Positions 1 to 8,578 of a stretch of 20,000 bases of DNA are shown in pieces. This DNA comes from an uncultured virus (IMG/VR IMGVR_UViG_3300030673_000009) (lineage: Duplodnaviria; Heunggongvirae; Uroviricota; Caudoviricetes): the IMG/VR virus record IMGVR_UViG_3300030673_000009, one strand, 5' to 3'. The number at the start of each line of letters is the position of its first letter. The first letter of the stretch is position 1. A program made the position numbers and the translations under genes. The notes beneath the pieces are model-generated. The model searched no databases, was not told where the DNA came from, and saw nothing but the letters and a program-made list of their open reading frames with translations.

Positions 1-1515
1 GAACCGGTTCGTCGCATCCCCGGCCATCCGCACGCCGCGGCTGAAGACCTTCCCCGACGTGCTCAGCGCATCACGGCCCGAGCCCATGCCGCCAGCCATC
101 ATGGCGCTCTGCATGCCCATGCCGGCACGCTCAGCACGAGTGGCTGGAACGCCCTCCTCCGCACCCACCCCGTACGAGGCCAGCGCCGCACCCTGCCGGA
201 AGTTCTTCAGCTGCTGGGAGTTGCGCAGGGCGTTCACGCCGCCCTTGACCATCGCCGCCACCATCAGGCCCTGCATCGCCGTGGAGATGCCACCCCACGC
301 AGCCCCGCCGATCGCCCCGACTGTGCCCGCCTTCTGGTAGGCATCCGAGCCGGTCGCGCCCTCCATCAGGCCGGCGACCTTCGTGGCGATCTTCAGCTGC
401 AGGCCCATCACGCCCATCAGCGGCTTGCCGATGTTGGAGATGGTCTGGCCCATCGTCTCCTTCAGCATCGACGCCTGGTCCAGTACGCCGCCCATCGCCG
501 CCCCAGCAGCCTCCTTGGTGCTGCCACTGCCGTAGGCGCCCACGCTCGTGTCGATCGCCCCACGCACCCCGCCAGGAGTGCGGGCCAGCGCCTGCAGCGA
601 TCGGGTGTCACGCACCGAGTCGAAGCCCAGGTTCTCCAGCAGCCGCTGCGAGCCCTGCCCGGCCTTGCTCAGCGACTCCGTGAACTGGTTGAGGACCTCC
701 GTCGGGTTCGACTTGAACATGTCCCGCAGCTTGTCGCTGGTCGTGCCCATGATGTCCGCGTACGCCTTCAGCTCCGGGCCGCCGTCACGGATGGACCGAT
801 TCATGTCCAGCAGGACCTTGTTGAAGACGTTGGCGCTGCGCACCCCGTCCTCGCCCAGCGAGCTCATCGCCGCCGAGAGGCCCATCACCGAGGTCTGGCC
901 GATGCCCACCGTCGCCGCGATCGGGGCCAGCGCCTTGGAGAACGCGATCGTCGCCGGCGCACTGGCACCCAGCTTCTTGGTCACCGTCGTCAGGGAGTCC
1001 GAGAGGGCCTCGAACTGGGAGACGCCGTTGCCCATCGACTTGCCCAGCAGCGTCATGTCCCGGCCGATCGAGGCCGCATTCGTGTTCGTCGCCGCACCCA
1101 GCTGCACGAACGACTTGCCCAGCGACTTGAACTGCTGCTCCGACTTCACCCCGACGGACTGGATCGACTCCATCACGTCGACCGCGCCCTGCATGCCGAT
1201 CGGGAAGTCCCGGGCCAGCGAGCGGGTCGCCGAGGACAGGTTCGCGAACGACTTGCCCGTCACCGTGGCCGTGGCCTCGATGTTCGCCAGGGCCTTCTGC
1301 TGCGCGGCCGCCGCATCCGCAGCGATCGAGTTGATCTTCGTGAAGCCCGTCAGCCGCTGCGTCGCCTGGACGAACGCCCCCGACATGTCCGCCGTCGCCC
1401 CGCGCACGCCGGTGGCGACCTGCATGTAGTTCTGCGACACCCCGATGGCCTGACCCATCGACTGGGTGAAGCCGGCGGTGTCAGCATTCAGCTGGAAGTC
1501 GACGGGAACGCTCAT
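1..1515 (-). CDS. Tape measure protein, N-terminal ~505 aa (continues beyond window start)
   Basis: Absent from the ORF track because no stop falls in the window. ATG at 1515 overlaps the upstream TGA (ATGA). Manual translation MSVPVDFQLNADTAGFTQSMGQAIG...KSFANLSSATRSLARDFPIG... is Ala/Gly/Ser-rich and TP901-core-like. Lies directly after the frameshifted tail chaperone. Confidence 0.9.
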   Translation of the reverse strand, partial: MSVPVDFQLNADTAGFTQSMGQAIGVSQNYMQVATGVRGATADMSGAFVQATQRLTGFTKINSIAADAAAAQQKALANIEATATVTGKSFANLSSATRSLARDFPIGMQGAVDVMESIQSVGVKSEQQFKSLGKSFVQLGAATNTNAASIGRDMTLLGKSMGNGVSQFEALSDSLTTVTKKLGASAPATIAFSKALAPIAATVGIGQTSVMGLSAAMSSLGEDGVRSANVFNKVLLDMNRSIRDGGPELKAYADIMGTTSDKLRDMFKSNPTEVLNQFTESLSKAGQGSQRLLENLGFDSVRDTRSLQALARTPGGVRGAIDTSVGAYGSGSTKEAAGAAMGGVLDQASMLKETMGQTISNIGKPLMGVMGLQLKIATKVAGLMEGATGSDAYQKAGTVGAIGGAAWGGISTAMQGLMVAAMVKGGVNALRNSQQLKNFRQGAALASYGVGAEEGVPATRAERAGMGMQSAMMAGGMGSGRDALSTSGKVFSRGVRMAGDATNRF

Positions 1516-1874
1516 CCCAAGCGCCCCTTCACCCGATTCGGCTGCTCACGCATGGCCTGCGCTACCTGCTTCGGGACGAGCGTGACTCGGGCGCCGGCGA
1601 GGGAGGCATCATCCTCACGGGCCATCTCCTTGATGTAGCAGCCATGGCACTGGACCGTGATCGGCTCGTACGCATACCAGTCCTCCTCCCACTCCCAGTC
1701 GCTCGTGCCGCAGGACTGGCACTTGCTGCTGGACTCCAGGAGGTAGGCGATCAGCTTCGCCCGATCCTCCGGATCCCATCCTAGGAGCGCGGAGTGGGGA
1801 AGGCCGTGATCAGCGCACCACGACTGCTCTAGGTAGAAGGTGCTGTCGTACCGGAGCCTTCTACGGTGAAAGGG
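1512..1874 (-). CDS. Tail assembly chaperone, -1 frameshift extension (gpGT-like C-terminal part)
   Basis: The -1 frame stays open from the slippery site: PFHRRRLRYDSTFYLEQSWCADHGLPHS...CQSCG...CHGC. Position between chaperone and tape measure genes is typical. Confidence 0.8.
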   Translation of the reverse strand, partial: PFHRRRLRYDSTFYLEQSWCADHGLPHSALLGWDPEDRAKLIAYLLESSSKCQSCGTSDWEWEEDWYAYEPITVQCHGCYIKEMAREDDASLAGARVTLVPKQVAQAMREQPNRVKGRLG

Positions 1875-2266
1875 ACGTCCAGGCCCCTCGAGCACACCTC
1901 GATGCACCCCACGAAGACCTCCATCACCTCACCGCGGGACCAGTCCTCGGAGTTCCAGATCTCCAGGGCCTCATTCGGGGTCAGCCGCGGCTCCCAGCTG
2001 CACGCCGCGATCAGGGCCGGGCCGAATGTCTCCGGGTTGTACGTCGCCCCGTCCTTCTTCTGCTCCGGGGTGGGCGGGTACTTGGCCATCAGGTCGTCGT
2101 ACGCCCGCGAGCCGATCGCCTTCAGCGTGATCACGAACTCGATCACGTCGCCGTCGGCGTCCGGCACCATCAGGACGACTTCCTTCGTCCGCTTCGGCTT
2201 GGCCTGCAGGTCCGCGAACGTCGCCTTCCGACGGGTGTCCTTCTTGGCAGGGCTCGGTGCACTCAT
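1829..2266 (-). CDS. Tail assembly chaperone (gpG-like), 145 aa
   Basis: Start revised to ATG 2266 (MSAPSPAKK), with AGGAG RBS at 2279-2275. Contains AIGSRAYDDLMAKYPP...YNPETFGPALIAAC; follows the major tail gene. Confidence 0.85.
   Translation of the reverse strand: MSAPSPAKKDTRRKATFADLQAKPKRTKEVVLMVPDADGDVIEFVITLKAIGSRAYDDLMAKYPPTPEQKKDGATYNPETFGPALIAACSWEPRLTPNEALEIWNSEDWSRGEVMEVFVGCIEVCSRGLDVPFTVEGSGTTAPST
1868..1874 (-). other. -1 programmed ribosomal frameshift heptamer C CCT TTC (tail assembly chaperone)
   Basis: GTC CCT TTC in the chaperone frame fits X XXY YYZ. A -1 slip gives CCC TTT CAC, the frame of ORF 1512..1907. Confidence 0.8.
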
Positions 2267-2285
2267 CACTGGTCTCCTAGGGGTG

Positions 2286-2344
2286 AAAACGCGTCGAGGA
2301 GGAACTCCCACCGACTGTAGCGGGAGATCCTCCTCGAGCAGCGT
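2286..2344 (-). terminator. Probable intrinsic terminator downstream of the major tail gene
   Basis: Minus strand TCGAGGAGGA-T-CTCCCGC-(TACAGTCG)-GTGGGAG-T-TCCTCCTCGA forms a ~17-bp stem with one mismatch and one G-U pair, followed by CGCGTTTT. Confidence 0.7.
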
Positions 2345-2350
2345 CATGAA

Positions 2351-3124
2351 CTACGGCGTGTGGACGAGGACGCCCGTCGCCGTCTGGCCGCCGGTGCCCG
2401 TGCCGTTCACGGCAGCGACCTTGAAGAAGTAGTCGGTGCCCGTGACCAGTGCGGTGATCCGGGCGGTCGTGCCGGTCTTGGTGATGTTGGTCGTGACCTC
2501 GGTGTACGAGCCACCCAGCGTCGACGACTGGTAGACCTTGTAGCTGGTCGGCGAGCCGAGCAGCGGGGCGTCCCAGTCCAGGACGACGACCGTGGCCGAC
2601 TCCGCAGCACCGGTGAGGTTGCGCGGCACGCTCGGAACGGCAGCGACACCCGTGACGATCGCGGACTCCGCCGGCTCCTCGGGGACCGAGCCGGTCACCG
2701 TGAAGGTCTGGACGGTGTTGGAGGCGATCGCGGCCATGGTGCGCGAGACGACCATCAGCGGCCACACCTCGACGCCGTCGCCCGCACGAGGCTTCTGGTT
2801 CACGCCCGAGCCGCCGAAGCGGGAGACGAAGAAGTAGCCGTCGGCCGCACGCGGAAGGGTCTCCCACGCGGTGTCGGCCTCGTCGTCGCGGTAGAAGTCA
2901 CCGGTGAACGACGCCTGGACAGTGCCCGGGACCGAGGTCTCGAAGAGACTGTCGAGGTTGGGGGTCGGCACCGTGTTGCCCTGCGCCGAGGGGTTCAGCG
3001 AGACGATGAACGGCGTCAGCACGATGGCAGCGTCGAGCTCGGCCTCGGTGGGGGCAGCGAGGACAGCCGGACGGACAGTCGTCCACGCAATCCAGGTCTG
3101 CTCATTGGGGATGATGCGTGACAT
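2351..3124 (-). CDS. Major tail (tube) protein with C-terminal fibronectin type III domain, 257 aa
   Basis: LAAPTEAEL...LTPFI...GNTVPTPNLDSLFETSVPG resembles actinophage tail tube proteins. C-terminal PSVPRNL...LDWDAP...SYKVY...YFFKVAAVN is an FN3 signature. AAGGAG RBS upstream. Confidence 0.88.
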   Translation of the reverse strand: MSRIIPNEQTWIAWTTVRPAVLAAPTEAELDAAIVLTPFIVSLNPSAQGNTVPTPNLDSLFETSVPGTVQASFTGDFYRDDEADTAWETLPRAADGYFFVSRFGGSGVNQKPRAGDGVEVWPLMVVSRTMAAIASNTVQTFTVTGSVPEEPAESAIVTGVAAVPSVPRNLTGAAESATVVVLDWDAPLLGSPTSYKVYQSSTLGGSYTEVTTNITKTGTTARITALVTGTDYFFKVAAVNGTGTGGQTATGVLVHTP

Positions 3125-3188
3125 TGGGTTCTCCTTGTGTCGACCTCGGCGAGGTGGCTGTCGTATGTCAGTTTAGGACCGCGATCGG

Positions 3189-3644
3189 TCAGGTGCCTCG
3201 CTTCACGGCATGCAATGTGAGCGAGTCAGTGGCGTTCCAGATGGGTGGATCCACGCTGTCGTTGCGCAGCACTCCGCCCAGGGACTGCCACTCGACCCAC
3301 GTGATCTCGAAGGCATCGGGGGCGCCGAACAGCTGCTTCAGCAGCCCCGACACCGCCTGGCGGCAGGCCGTGCCCGTCCAGTCCACCTGGGCCCGCGCAG
3401 CACCGTGGTAGCGCAGCTGGAACGAGCACACCCACGCGTCCTCCTGCCGGGCCAGCGTCAGCTCAGGGGTGCGCGGCCGGGCACCGGAGAAGGCCACCAC
3501 CGCGTACGGCACGAACTGGTCCACATTCGGCTGCCCCTTCACCCAGCCGCCGGCATCCGGGGCGATCCCGTCGCCGACCTCCAGCCAGGAGATCTCCGCC
3601 AGGGCAGCGATCACGTAATCCGTCAGAGCACCGGTATCAAGCAC
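3189..3644 (-). CDS. Putative tail terminator / tail completion protein, 151 aa
   Basis: Size and position just before the major tail gene; VGDGIAP...PYAVV...FQLRYHG pattern. Confidence 0.65.
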   Translation of the reverse strand: MLDTGALTDYVIAALAEISWLEVGDGIAPDAGGWVKGQPNVDQFVPYAVVAFSGARPRTPELTLARQEDAWVCSFQLRYHGAARAQVDWTGTACRQAVSGLLKQLFGAPDAFEITWVEWQSLGGVLRNDSVDPPIWNATDSLTLHAVKRGT

Positions 3645-3906
3645 GGATGCAGCCCTCGATTCCCTTGCGGACCGAGTCGATCAGCGGCCGCCTGATCCGG
3701 GCAGCCACCTGGGCGCTCGAGGCCCGCGGGTTCACGCTGAGCACCCGCACGATGATCCCATCACCGGTGCGGCCCACCGCCACTCCCACGCCCGGGGCAC
3801 GCACCTGCCGGGCCACCTTGGAAGCCTCCGCCTCCATCGTCGCCGGCACGTCCTCGACAGCCTTCGCCAGGCGCTCCAGGTAAGCCACCAGCTCCTCCGG
3901 GGTCAC
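3637..3906 (-). CDS. Small neck-region protein, 89 aa (syntenic with HK97 gp10-like genes)
   Basis: Start revised to GTG 3906, overlapping the upstream TGA (MTPEELVAYLERLAKAVE). Function inferred from synteny only. Confidence 0.55.
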   Translation of the reverse strand: MTPEELVAYLERLAKAVEDVPATMEAEASKVARQVRAPGVGVAVGRTGDGIIVRVLSVNPRASSAQVAARIRRPLIDSVRKGIEGCIRA

Positions 3907-4370
3907 TGCCACTCCACCGGGACAGGCGGGGCACCGGTGTCGATCCAGTGGCTCGCATCCTCCACGCCCATGCACGTCATCCGGCGCACCACCGGGAACT
4001 GCCCTGCTGCCTCCGTGTCCCGGCAGCGGAACGTCCGGCCCACCATCAGCGGGTCGTCATGCGCCGTGACCTCCACCAGGTCGTCCGGGCGCGGGTCAGG
4101 CTCGTACGGCACCCCGTCGATCACCACCTGTACAGGGATAGACACGTACGTGTTCTGGAACTCCTGGCTCTCATCCCCGATGCCCAGCAGCAGGGGGCCG
4201 GCCACCGAGTAGACCCGGGCCCTGCCCTTGTAGACCCCGCCCAGGCGCTCGGAGGCCAGATAGCCGGTCACGTCGTTCAGCACAGCCTCGGCGGGCCGAG
4301 TGATCGTCACCTCGGCCGTCATGTTCATCTCCGCGTACCTGCGGGCCGTGGAGAGCGCCACCGCGTACAT
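3903..4370 (-). CDS. Putative head-to-tail stopper (DUF6093-like), 155 aa
   Basis: AEMNMTAEVTITRP...VYKGRARV...PDDLVEV pattern; follows the adaptor gene. Confidence 0.7.
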   Translation of the reverse strand: MYAVALSTARRYAEMNMTAEVTITRPAEAVLNDVTGYLASERLGGVYKGRARVYSVAGPLLLGIGDESQEFQNTYVSIPVQVVIDGVPYEPDPRPDDLVEVTAHDDPLMVGRTFRCRDTEAAGQFPVVRRMTCMGVEDASHWIDTGAPPVPVEWQ

Positions 4371-4855
4371 CAGTACCCCGGGTAGTACTCGGGATAGAAC
4401 GACGGGTACTCGCTCGGGTCGTAGTCGCCGAAGTTCTGACGGCCTGCGAGGTAGTTGTCCATGAAGCCCAGGCCGAACTTCAGCGGCTTGATCGACTCAT
4501 CCCACTGCTGGTCGAACAGCGCCCCAGAGAACGTCGGGGAGGCCATCGCCTGCTCCTGCTTGTACTGGTCCCGCAGGCTGACCGCAGCCGCCTCGAACTT
4601 GGACTGCAGCTCCGAGACGCCCACGGACACGCCGTCGGCGCTGACGGACACCTCACGGGCGTAGTGGGCCGCGATGATCTCGCAGCACACCGCCGCGTTC
4701 AGGGTGTTCGAGCCGTACAGCGGAGCCCACTTGCCGATGACGAAGGCGATCTCCTGATCGCTCAGCAGCGGCCGCGTGGAGTCCGTGTCACCGCACAGGA
4801 ACCGGACCTCGTCCTTGTCGGACGCGGCCGGGTCGCCTGAGTAGGTGAAGGTCAT
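4370..4855 (-). CDS. Putative head-to-tail adaptor, 161 aa
   Basis: Start revised to ATG 4855 (ATGA overlap). MTFTYSGDPAASDKDEVRFLCGDTD...LLSDQEI is a typical adaptor N-terminus. Confidence 0.78.
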   Translation of the reverse strand: MTFTYSGDPAASDKDEVRFLCGDTDSTRPLLSDQEIAFVIGKWAPLYGSNTLNAAVCCEIIAAHYAREVSVSADGVSVGVSELQSKFEAAAVSLRDQYKQEQAMASPTFSGALFDQQWDESIKPLKFGLGFMDNYLAGRQNFGDYDPSEYPSFYPEYYPGY

Positions 4856-5202
4856 CGGCCCGCCTTCAGGAAGTCCCCGCCCACCGGCATGAAGTGGCCC
4901 TTCGCCCGCTTGAACGCAGGCTTGCCCCGCAGCACCTTGCCCTTCGGGGTCATCAGCACCAGGCGCCGGGCCGTCGGGGTGTACGCACTCTTGGCCATCA
5001 CCGGCTTGGGGATCCGCGGGGCCTTCGCCCCCGGCACGCCAGGAGCCCGGCCGCCCGTCGGCGTCAGGCGACCAGCCTTGGGCGCGGCGATCTTCGGGGC
5101 AGCTGCCTTCGGCAGAGCCATCACCGGCTTGGGGATGGACGGCTTCGTCACGAAGCGCGACATCGTCTTGGGCGGAGCCATCACACCCGGCAGCCCCGGC
5201 AT
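4852..5202 (-). CDS. Highly basic Lys/Pro/Ala-rich protein, 116 aa, unknown function
   Basis: Fills the gap between coupled genes. Many K/R and only one acidic residue; IPKPVMA occurs twice. Confidence 0.7.
   Translation of the reverse strand: MPGLPGVMAPPKTMSRFVTKPSIPKPVMALPKAAAPKIAAPKAGRLTPTGGRAPGVPGAKAPRIPKPVMAKSAYTPTARRLVLMTPKGKVLRGKPAFKRAKGHFMPVGGDFLKAGR
4994..5136. repeat. 20-bp exact direct repeat (4994-5013 and 5117-5136) within the basic protein gene
   Basis: gccatcaccggcttggggat occurs twice, within the codons for IPKPVMA on the minus strand. Confidence 0.85.
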
Positions 5203-5204
5203 GG

Positions 5205-6542
5205 CTAGTAGTACCTGGCGTCAGTGCTCTTGCGACCCGCCCGGAACGACCCACCCAGGGCCAGGGCCCCACCGGTCACCGCCGCCGTCGTGCGCACCGG
5301 ATGAGCGGACACCGCCGCCCCACCCTGCCACAGCGGACCGGTGGTGAAGTTGTGCAGCGCGTACGACGGCTTCGGGGCCGCCGGATCACGCGTGGCAACG
5401 ATCGGGGTCTTGTACGTCAGCTTCCGCTTGCCGCTCGAGGACAGGCCCACCTCGGCCTGACGCGCTCGAGCACCGCCGATGCCCGGAGCCCGCACCAGCG
5501 AGCCCACCTTCGGCAGGCGAGCCTTGCCGACCGGCACCAGCTGGCCGGCACGCTTCTTCTTCGCACGGTGCATGGCGTACAGAGCCGCGCCGCCAGCCAC
5601 CGTGCCACCGACAGCAGCACCGATCAGGGCACCACGACGGATCTGCCGGGGAGAGGCAGAGGACCTCAGGTTCTCGTTGATGCGCAGCGCACCAGCCCGC
5701 AGCTCATCCGGCGACTGACGAGGAGCACGAGGAGCGCGAGTCCTCGGCGGGTTCGGGTTCAGGTGCAGGCTCTCGGGCACCACGGCCTTCTTGCGGGTCC
5801 GAGGCTTGCGCGGGGCAGCCGGAGCCGCCACCGGGGTCACCGGGGCCTTGCGGCGCACCGGCTTCTTCGTCGCCTGCGTCTGCCGGTCATAGGCATCCAT
5901 CACCGGCTTGTGCTCGGCCACCACCTTGTCCCGGTGATCGATCGCGGCCTGCGTCGCCTTCGCCTGACGCGCCAGCTCCGCCTCCATGCCCGCGAGATCC
6001 CTCGGCAGCTTCCGGGCTGCCTTGGACAGCGTGTACGCCTTCGCAGCAGGCATCACCACCGGGGCATACCGCTGCTTCGGCTTGTCAGAGTGCATCGCCG
6101 CAATGCCGCCAGCGCCCACAGCACCACCAGCGGCACCCACGCCCGCCCACACGTTCCGCAGCCGCTTGGCCTCGCCCACGCCACGAGTGGTCATCGAGTC
6201 CACCCGGGCATCCATGTCATTGGCATCGCGGATCGCCGCCGAGCGAGGGCCCTTGCCCGCCGCTGTCGCGTTCGCCCGCATCGCACCGGCACGACGGCCA
6301 GCCCGGCCGGCAGTGTCCAGGTAGTCCTTCACCCCGCCGGTGCCGAACACCTCACTGGCCACCCGCTTGATCGCCTTCGGGTGCGAGCCGATCCGAATCT
6401 CATTGCCCGCCGCATCCACGTCCGTCATCGACGCCGCGGACCGGTAGTTGCGGGCCAGGCTCGACACGTACCGCTGGCCCAGCTTGCGGGCCTCCAGCAG
6501 GCGGCCCTTGGCAACCTCATCGGAGTAGACGAAGTGACTCAC
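5205..6542 (-). CDS. Basic three-module protein, 445 aa (putative capsid-internal polyprotein)
   Basis: Start revised to GTG 6542 with GGAGG 7 nt upstream (MSHFVYSDEVAKG). Three Arg/Lys-rich segments each end in a Gly/Ala hydrophobic stretch. Confidence 0.75.
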   Translation of the reverse strand: MSHFVYSDEVAKGRLLEARKLGQRYVSSLARNYRSAASMTDVDAAGNEIRIGSHPKAIKRVASEVFGTGGVKDYLDTAGRAGRRAGAMRANATAAGKGPRSAAIRDANDMDARVDSMTTRGVGEAKRLRNVWAGVGAAGGAVGAGGIAAMHSDKPKQRYAPVVMPAAKAYTLSKAARKLPRDLAGMEAELARQAKATQAAIDHRDKVVAEHKPVMDAYDRQTQATKKPVRRKAPVTPVAAPAAPRKPRTRKKAVVPESLHLNPNPPRTRAPRAPRQSPDELRAGALRINENLRSSASPRQIRRGALIGAAVGGTVAGGAALYAMHRAKKKRAGQLVPVGKARLPKVGSLVRAPGIGGARARQAEVGLSSSGKRKLTYKTPIVATRDPAAPKPSYALHNFTTGPLWQGGAAVSAHPVRTTAAVTGGALALGGSFRAGRKSTDARYY

Positions 6543-6544
6543 GA

Positions 6545-6787
6545 CTAGACCTCCACAACGTCGAGGTACCCGCTCCTCACCCACGACTCCACGCGAGTCC
6601 ATGAGTTGGCCTCAGGGACCACATCCCCGATCTTGAACTTCTTAGCACCGATCTTGATCGGCTTGCGAGCGATGTACGTCACCCCGTCCGTCGGCCCGGG
6701 AGCGGCTGCAGCCTCAACCGGCTGCTTCGGCTTCCGGGTCCTCGCACGAGGACGCACCTGCTCCGAAGGAATGGTCTCCAGGTCCAT
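6545..6787 (-). CDS. Small capsid-region protein, 80 aa
   Basis: ATG 6787 lies 2 nt after the upstream stop (MDLETIPSE...YIARKPIKIGAKKFKIGDVVPEA...VRSGYL). The longer 217-aa call overlaps the FN3 gene out of frame. Confidence 0.7.
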   Translation of the reverse strand: MDLETIPSEQVRPRARTRKPKQPVEAAAAPGPTDGVTYIARKPIKIGAKKFKIGDVVPEANSWTRVESWVRSGYLDVVEV

Positions 6788-6789
6788 GA

Positions 6790-7575
6790 CTACGCCGGAG
6801 TCACGTTGACGGCCGTGGACGCCGCGCCATTGCCCGCGATGTTCACCGCACGCAGCTGGATGCTCACCTGCACGCCGTTCGTCAGGCCCGTGACCACCAG
6901 AGGCGAGCCCGTGCAGGCAGGGACCTTGGAAGTCCACGCGCCCGCGCCCACCTTGTACTGGTACTCGCTGATCGGCGCCCCGCCATCGTTCGAGGGGGCG
7001 TTGAACGCGATGCTCGCGGACGTGTTGCCAGGAGTGGCCACAAGAGCAAGCGGCGCAGACGAGGTCGTTCGCGGCGTAGCAACGGTCGCACTCGAGACCA
7101 CACCCTCCCCGAACGCGTTCACGCTGCGCAGCTCGAACGAGTACGCCTGGCCATTGACCAGGCCCGTGAACACCTGGCCGTTCGTCACGCTCGCCCACTC
7201 GCCGCCATCGATGCGCCCCTGCGTGCTCGTGGCACCACCAGCAGCCGTGAACGCCAGCGTCAGCTGCGCGTTGCCCGGGGTCACGCTGATCCCCGTCGGG
7301 GCAGCAGGAGCATCCTGCAGCTCCTCCTGCTCCAGGAAGTCCCGCAGCACCACCGCGCCGAGCGGGGTCACCGTGGGGTGCCCCGCCGGCGTACGGCGAT
7401 GGAACGGGTCCGGAGTGGCGTACAGGACGCCCTTGGACAGCAGGGCGTTCAGGGCGTTCGTCCTCGCCAGCTCCGTCACATGCGCGACGTCCAGACGATC
7501 ACCCTTCGCGTAGGAGTGACCCCGAAGGGTCACCGCCCTACCCGCCTTGATGTCCGTGGGAACCCGGCCGGCCAT
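6790..7575 (-). CDS. Putative capsid decoration protein with two FN3 domains, 261 aa
   Basis: Two FN3 repeats (APAAPTGISVTPGN...GLVNGQAYSFELRSVN and SSAPLALVATPGN...GLTNGVQVSIQLRAVN); immediately follows the capsid gene. Confidence 0.75.
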   Translation of the reverse strand: MAGRVPTDIKAGRAVTLRGHSYAKGDRLDVAHVTELARTNALNALLSKGVLYATPDPFHRRTPAGHPTVTPLGAVVLRDFLEQEELQDAPAAPTGISVTPGNAQLTLAFTAAGGATSTQGRIDGGEWASVTNGQVFTGLVNGQAYSFELRSVNAFGEGVVSSATVATPRTTSSAPLALVATPGNTSASIAFNAPSNDGGAPISEYQYKVGAGAWTSKVPACTGSPLVVTGLTNGVQVSIQLRAVNIAGNGAASTAVNVTPA

Positions 7576-7576
7576 C

Positions 7577-8557
7577 TCAGGCCACCGCGTCCTTGACGAA
7601 CACGCCCATGTCCGGGCACACGACCTTCATGTCGTAGGTCATCTCGGCCTCGACACGATCCGACGCGATGTGCTCCATGCGGAACCGCTTGATCTTGATG
7701 CCCTCGGAGTTGCCGCCGAGGTAGCCGTTCCACGTGAAGGTGTAGCCCGCCGACGGCGTCATGAGCGAGGGGCTCGCCGGCGCGTACGCCAGCAGGGCCG
7801 ACTTGCTGCTCGTCATGAAGTCGTACGTCGCACCCGCATCCTGTTCGGCCGCATCCGGGATCTGCGGGGTGTCCGCGATCGTCGCGTACGAGGTGTAGAG
7901 CTGGTCGATCCCGAACAGAGTCGCGATCAGGTCCTCGGAGACGATGCCCTTCTGGGTGTACTTGATGCGGTCGATGATGTCCGGGTGCTGCTTGAGGGCG
8001 TTCATGACCTCGGCACCGAGCACCATCTTGTTGGGCTTGAAGCCCGTCGCCCGGCGGTAGTCCAGGATCCAGCCGGCCACATCGCCGATCGGGTCCGAGC
8101 CGCCATCGCTCCACTTCGTGAAGTCCGTGGCGCCGGTGTAGTGCACGTCCCACGCGCCCTCGACGAAGAACCGTGCGTTCCAGTCCAGGTCACGCTTGAG
8201 GAGCATCTGGTTGGTGATGAACTCCGTTGCGTCGCGGTCCAGGTTGAAGTTGGAGTCCGCGTTGCTCCGCAGCTGGTCGTCGACGTCCTTGTGGACGGCG
8301 TAGACATGCGCGAAGTACTGGTCCGTGGTGACGTTCCAGCCCACGCCCGGCGACTCGGTCGAAGGGGCGCGGCGCTTGACGTCGGTACGGCGCCAGTCGC
8401 TCTTGGAGTACTTCCAGTACAGGTCCGACTGCTTCTTCACCGGGCACTTCGGGAAGACCTTGTCGGCGATGTATGCGTCCGAGGACTGCATCCATGCGAC
8501 GCTGACATTCGTCAGCGGCACATTGACGTGCAGGTCAGACTGGCTCGGGCTTGGCAT
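7577..8557 (-). CDS. Major capsid protein (lambda gpE-like family), 326 aa
   Basis: DLHVNVPLTNVSVAW...IADKVFP.CPVKKQSDLY...PNKMVLG.EV.NALKQHP pattern. AAGGAG RBS; follows scaffold and cement genes. Confidence 0.92.
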   Translation of the reverse strand: MPSPSQSDLHVNVPLTNVSVAWMQSSDAYIADKVFPKCPVKKQSDLYWKYSKSDWRRTDVKRRAPSTESPGVGWNVTTDQYFAHVYAVHKDVDDQLRSNADSNFNLDRDATEFITNQMLLKRDLDWNARFFVEGAWDVHYTGATDFTKWSDGGSDPIGDVAGWILDYRRATGFKPNKMVLGAEVMNALKQHPDIIDRIKYTQKGIVSEDLIATLFGIDQLYTSYATIADTPQIPDAAEQDAGATYDFMTSSKSALLAYAPASPSLMTPSAGYTFTWNGYLGGNSEGIKIKRFRMEHIASDRVEAEMTYDMKVVCPDMGVFVKDAVA

Positions 8558-8578
8558 CTCAGATTCTCCTTGTCAGTC

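Noticed and set aside
3125..3188. Possible promoter (TAAACT -10-like hexamer) upstream of the major tail gene
   Set aside because: No convincing -35 element; cannot be supported from sequence alone.
4856..5272. Upstream extensions in the ORF track (4370..5272; likewise 6545..7198, 1829..2347, 3637..3975, 10863..11255, 10135..10956)
   Set aside because: They overlap neighbouring genes or the terminator. Coupled starts or RBS positions support the shorter calls.
7573..7582. Possible +1 frameshift joining the capsid protein to the FN3 protein at GCC TGA G ATG
   Set aside because: The frames are compatible, but GCC-to-CCT re-pairing is not cognate (unlike CCC-UGA sites) and the downstream gene has its own ATG.
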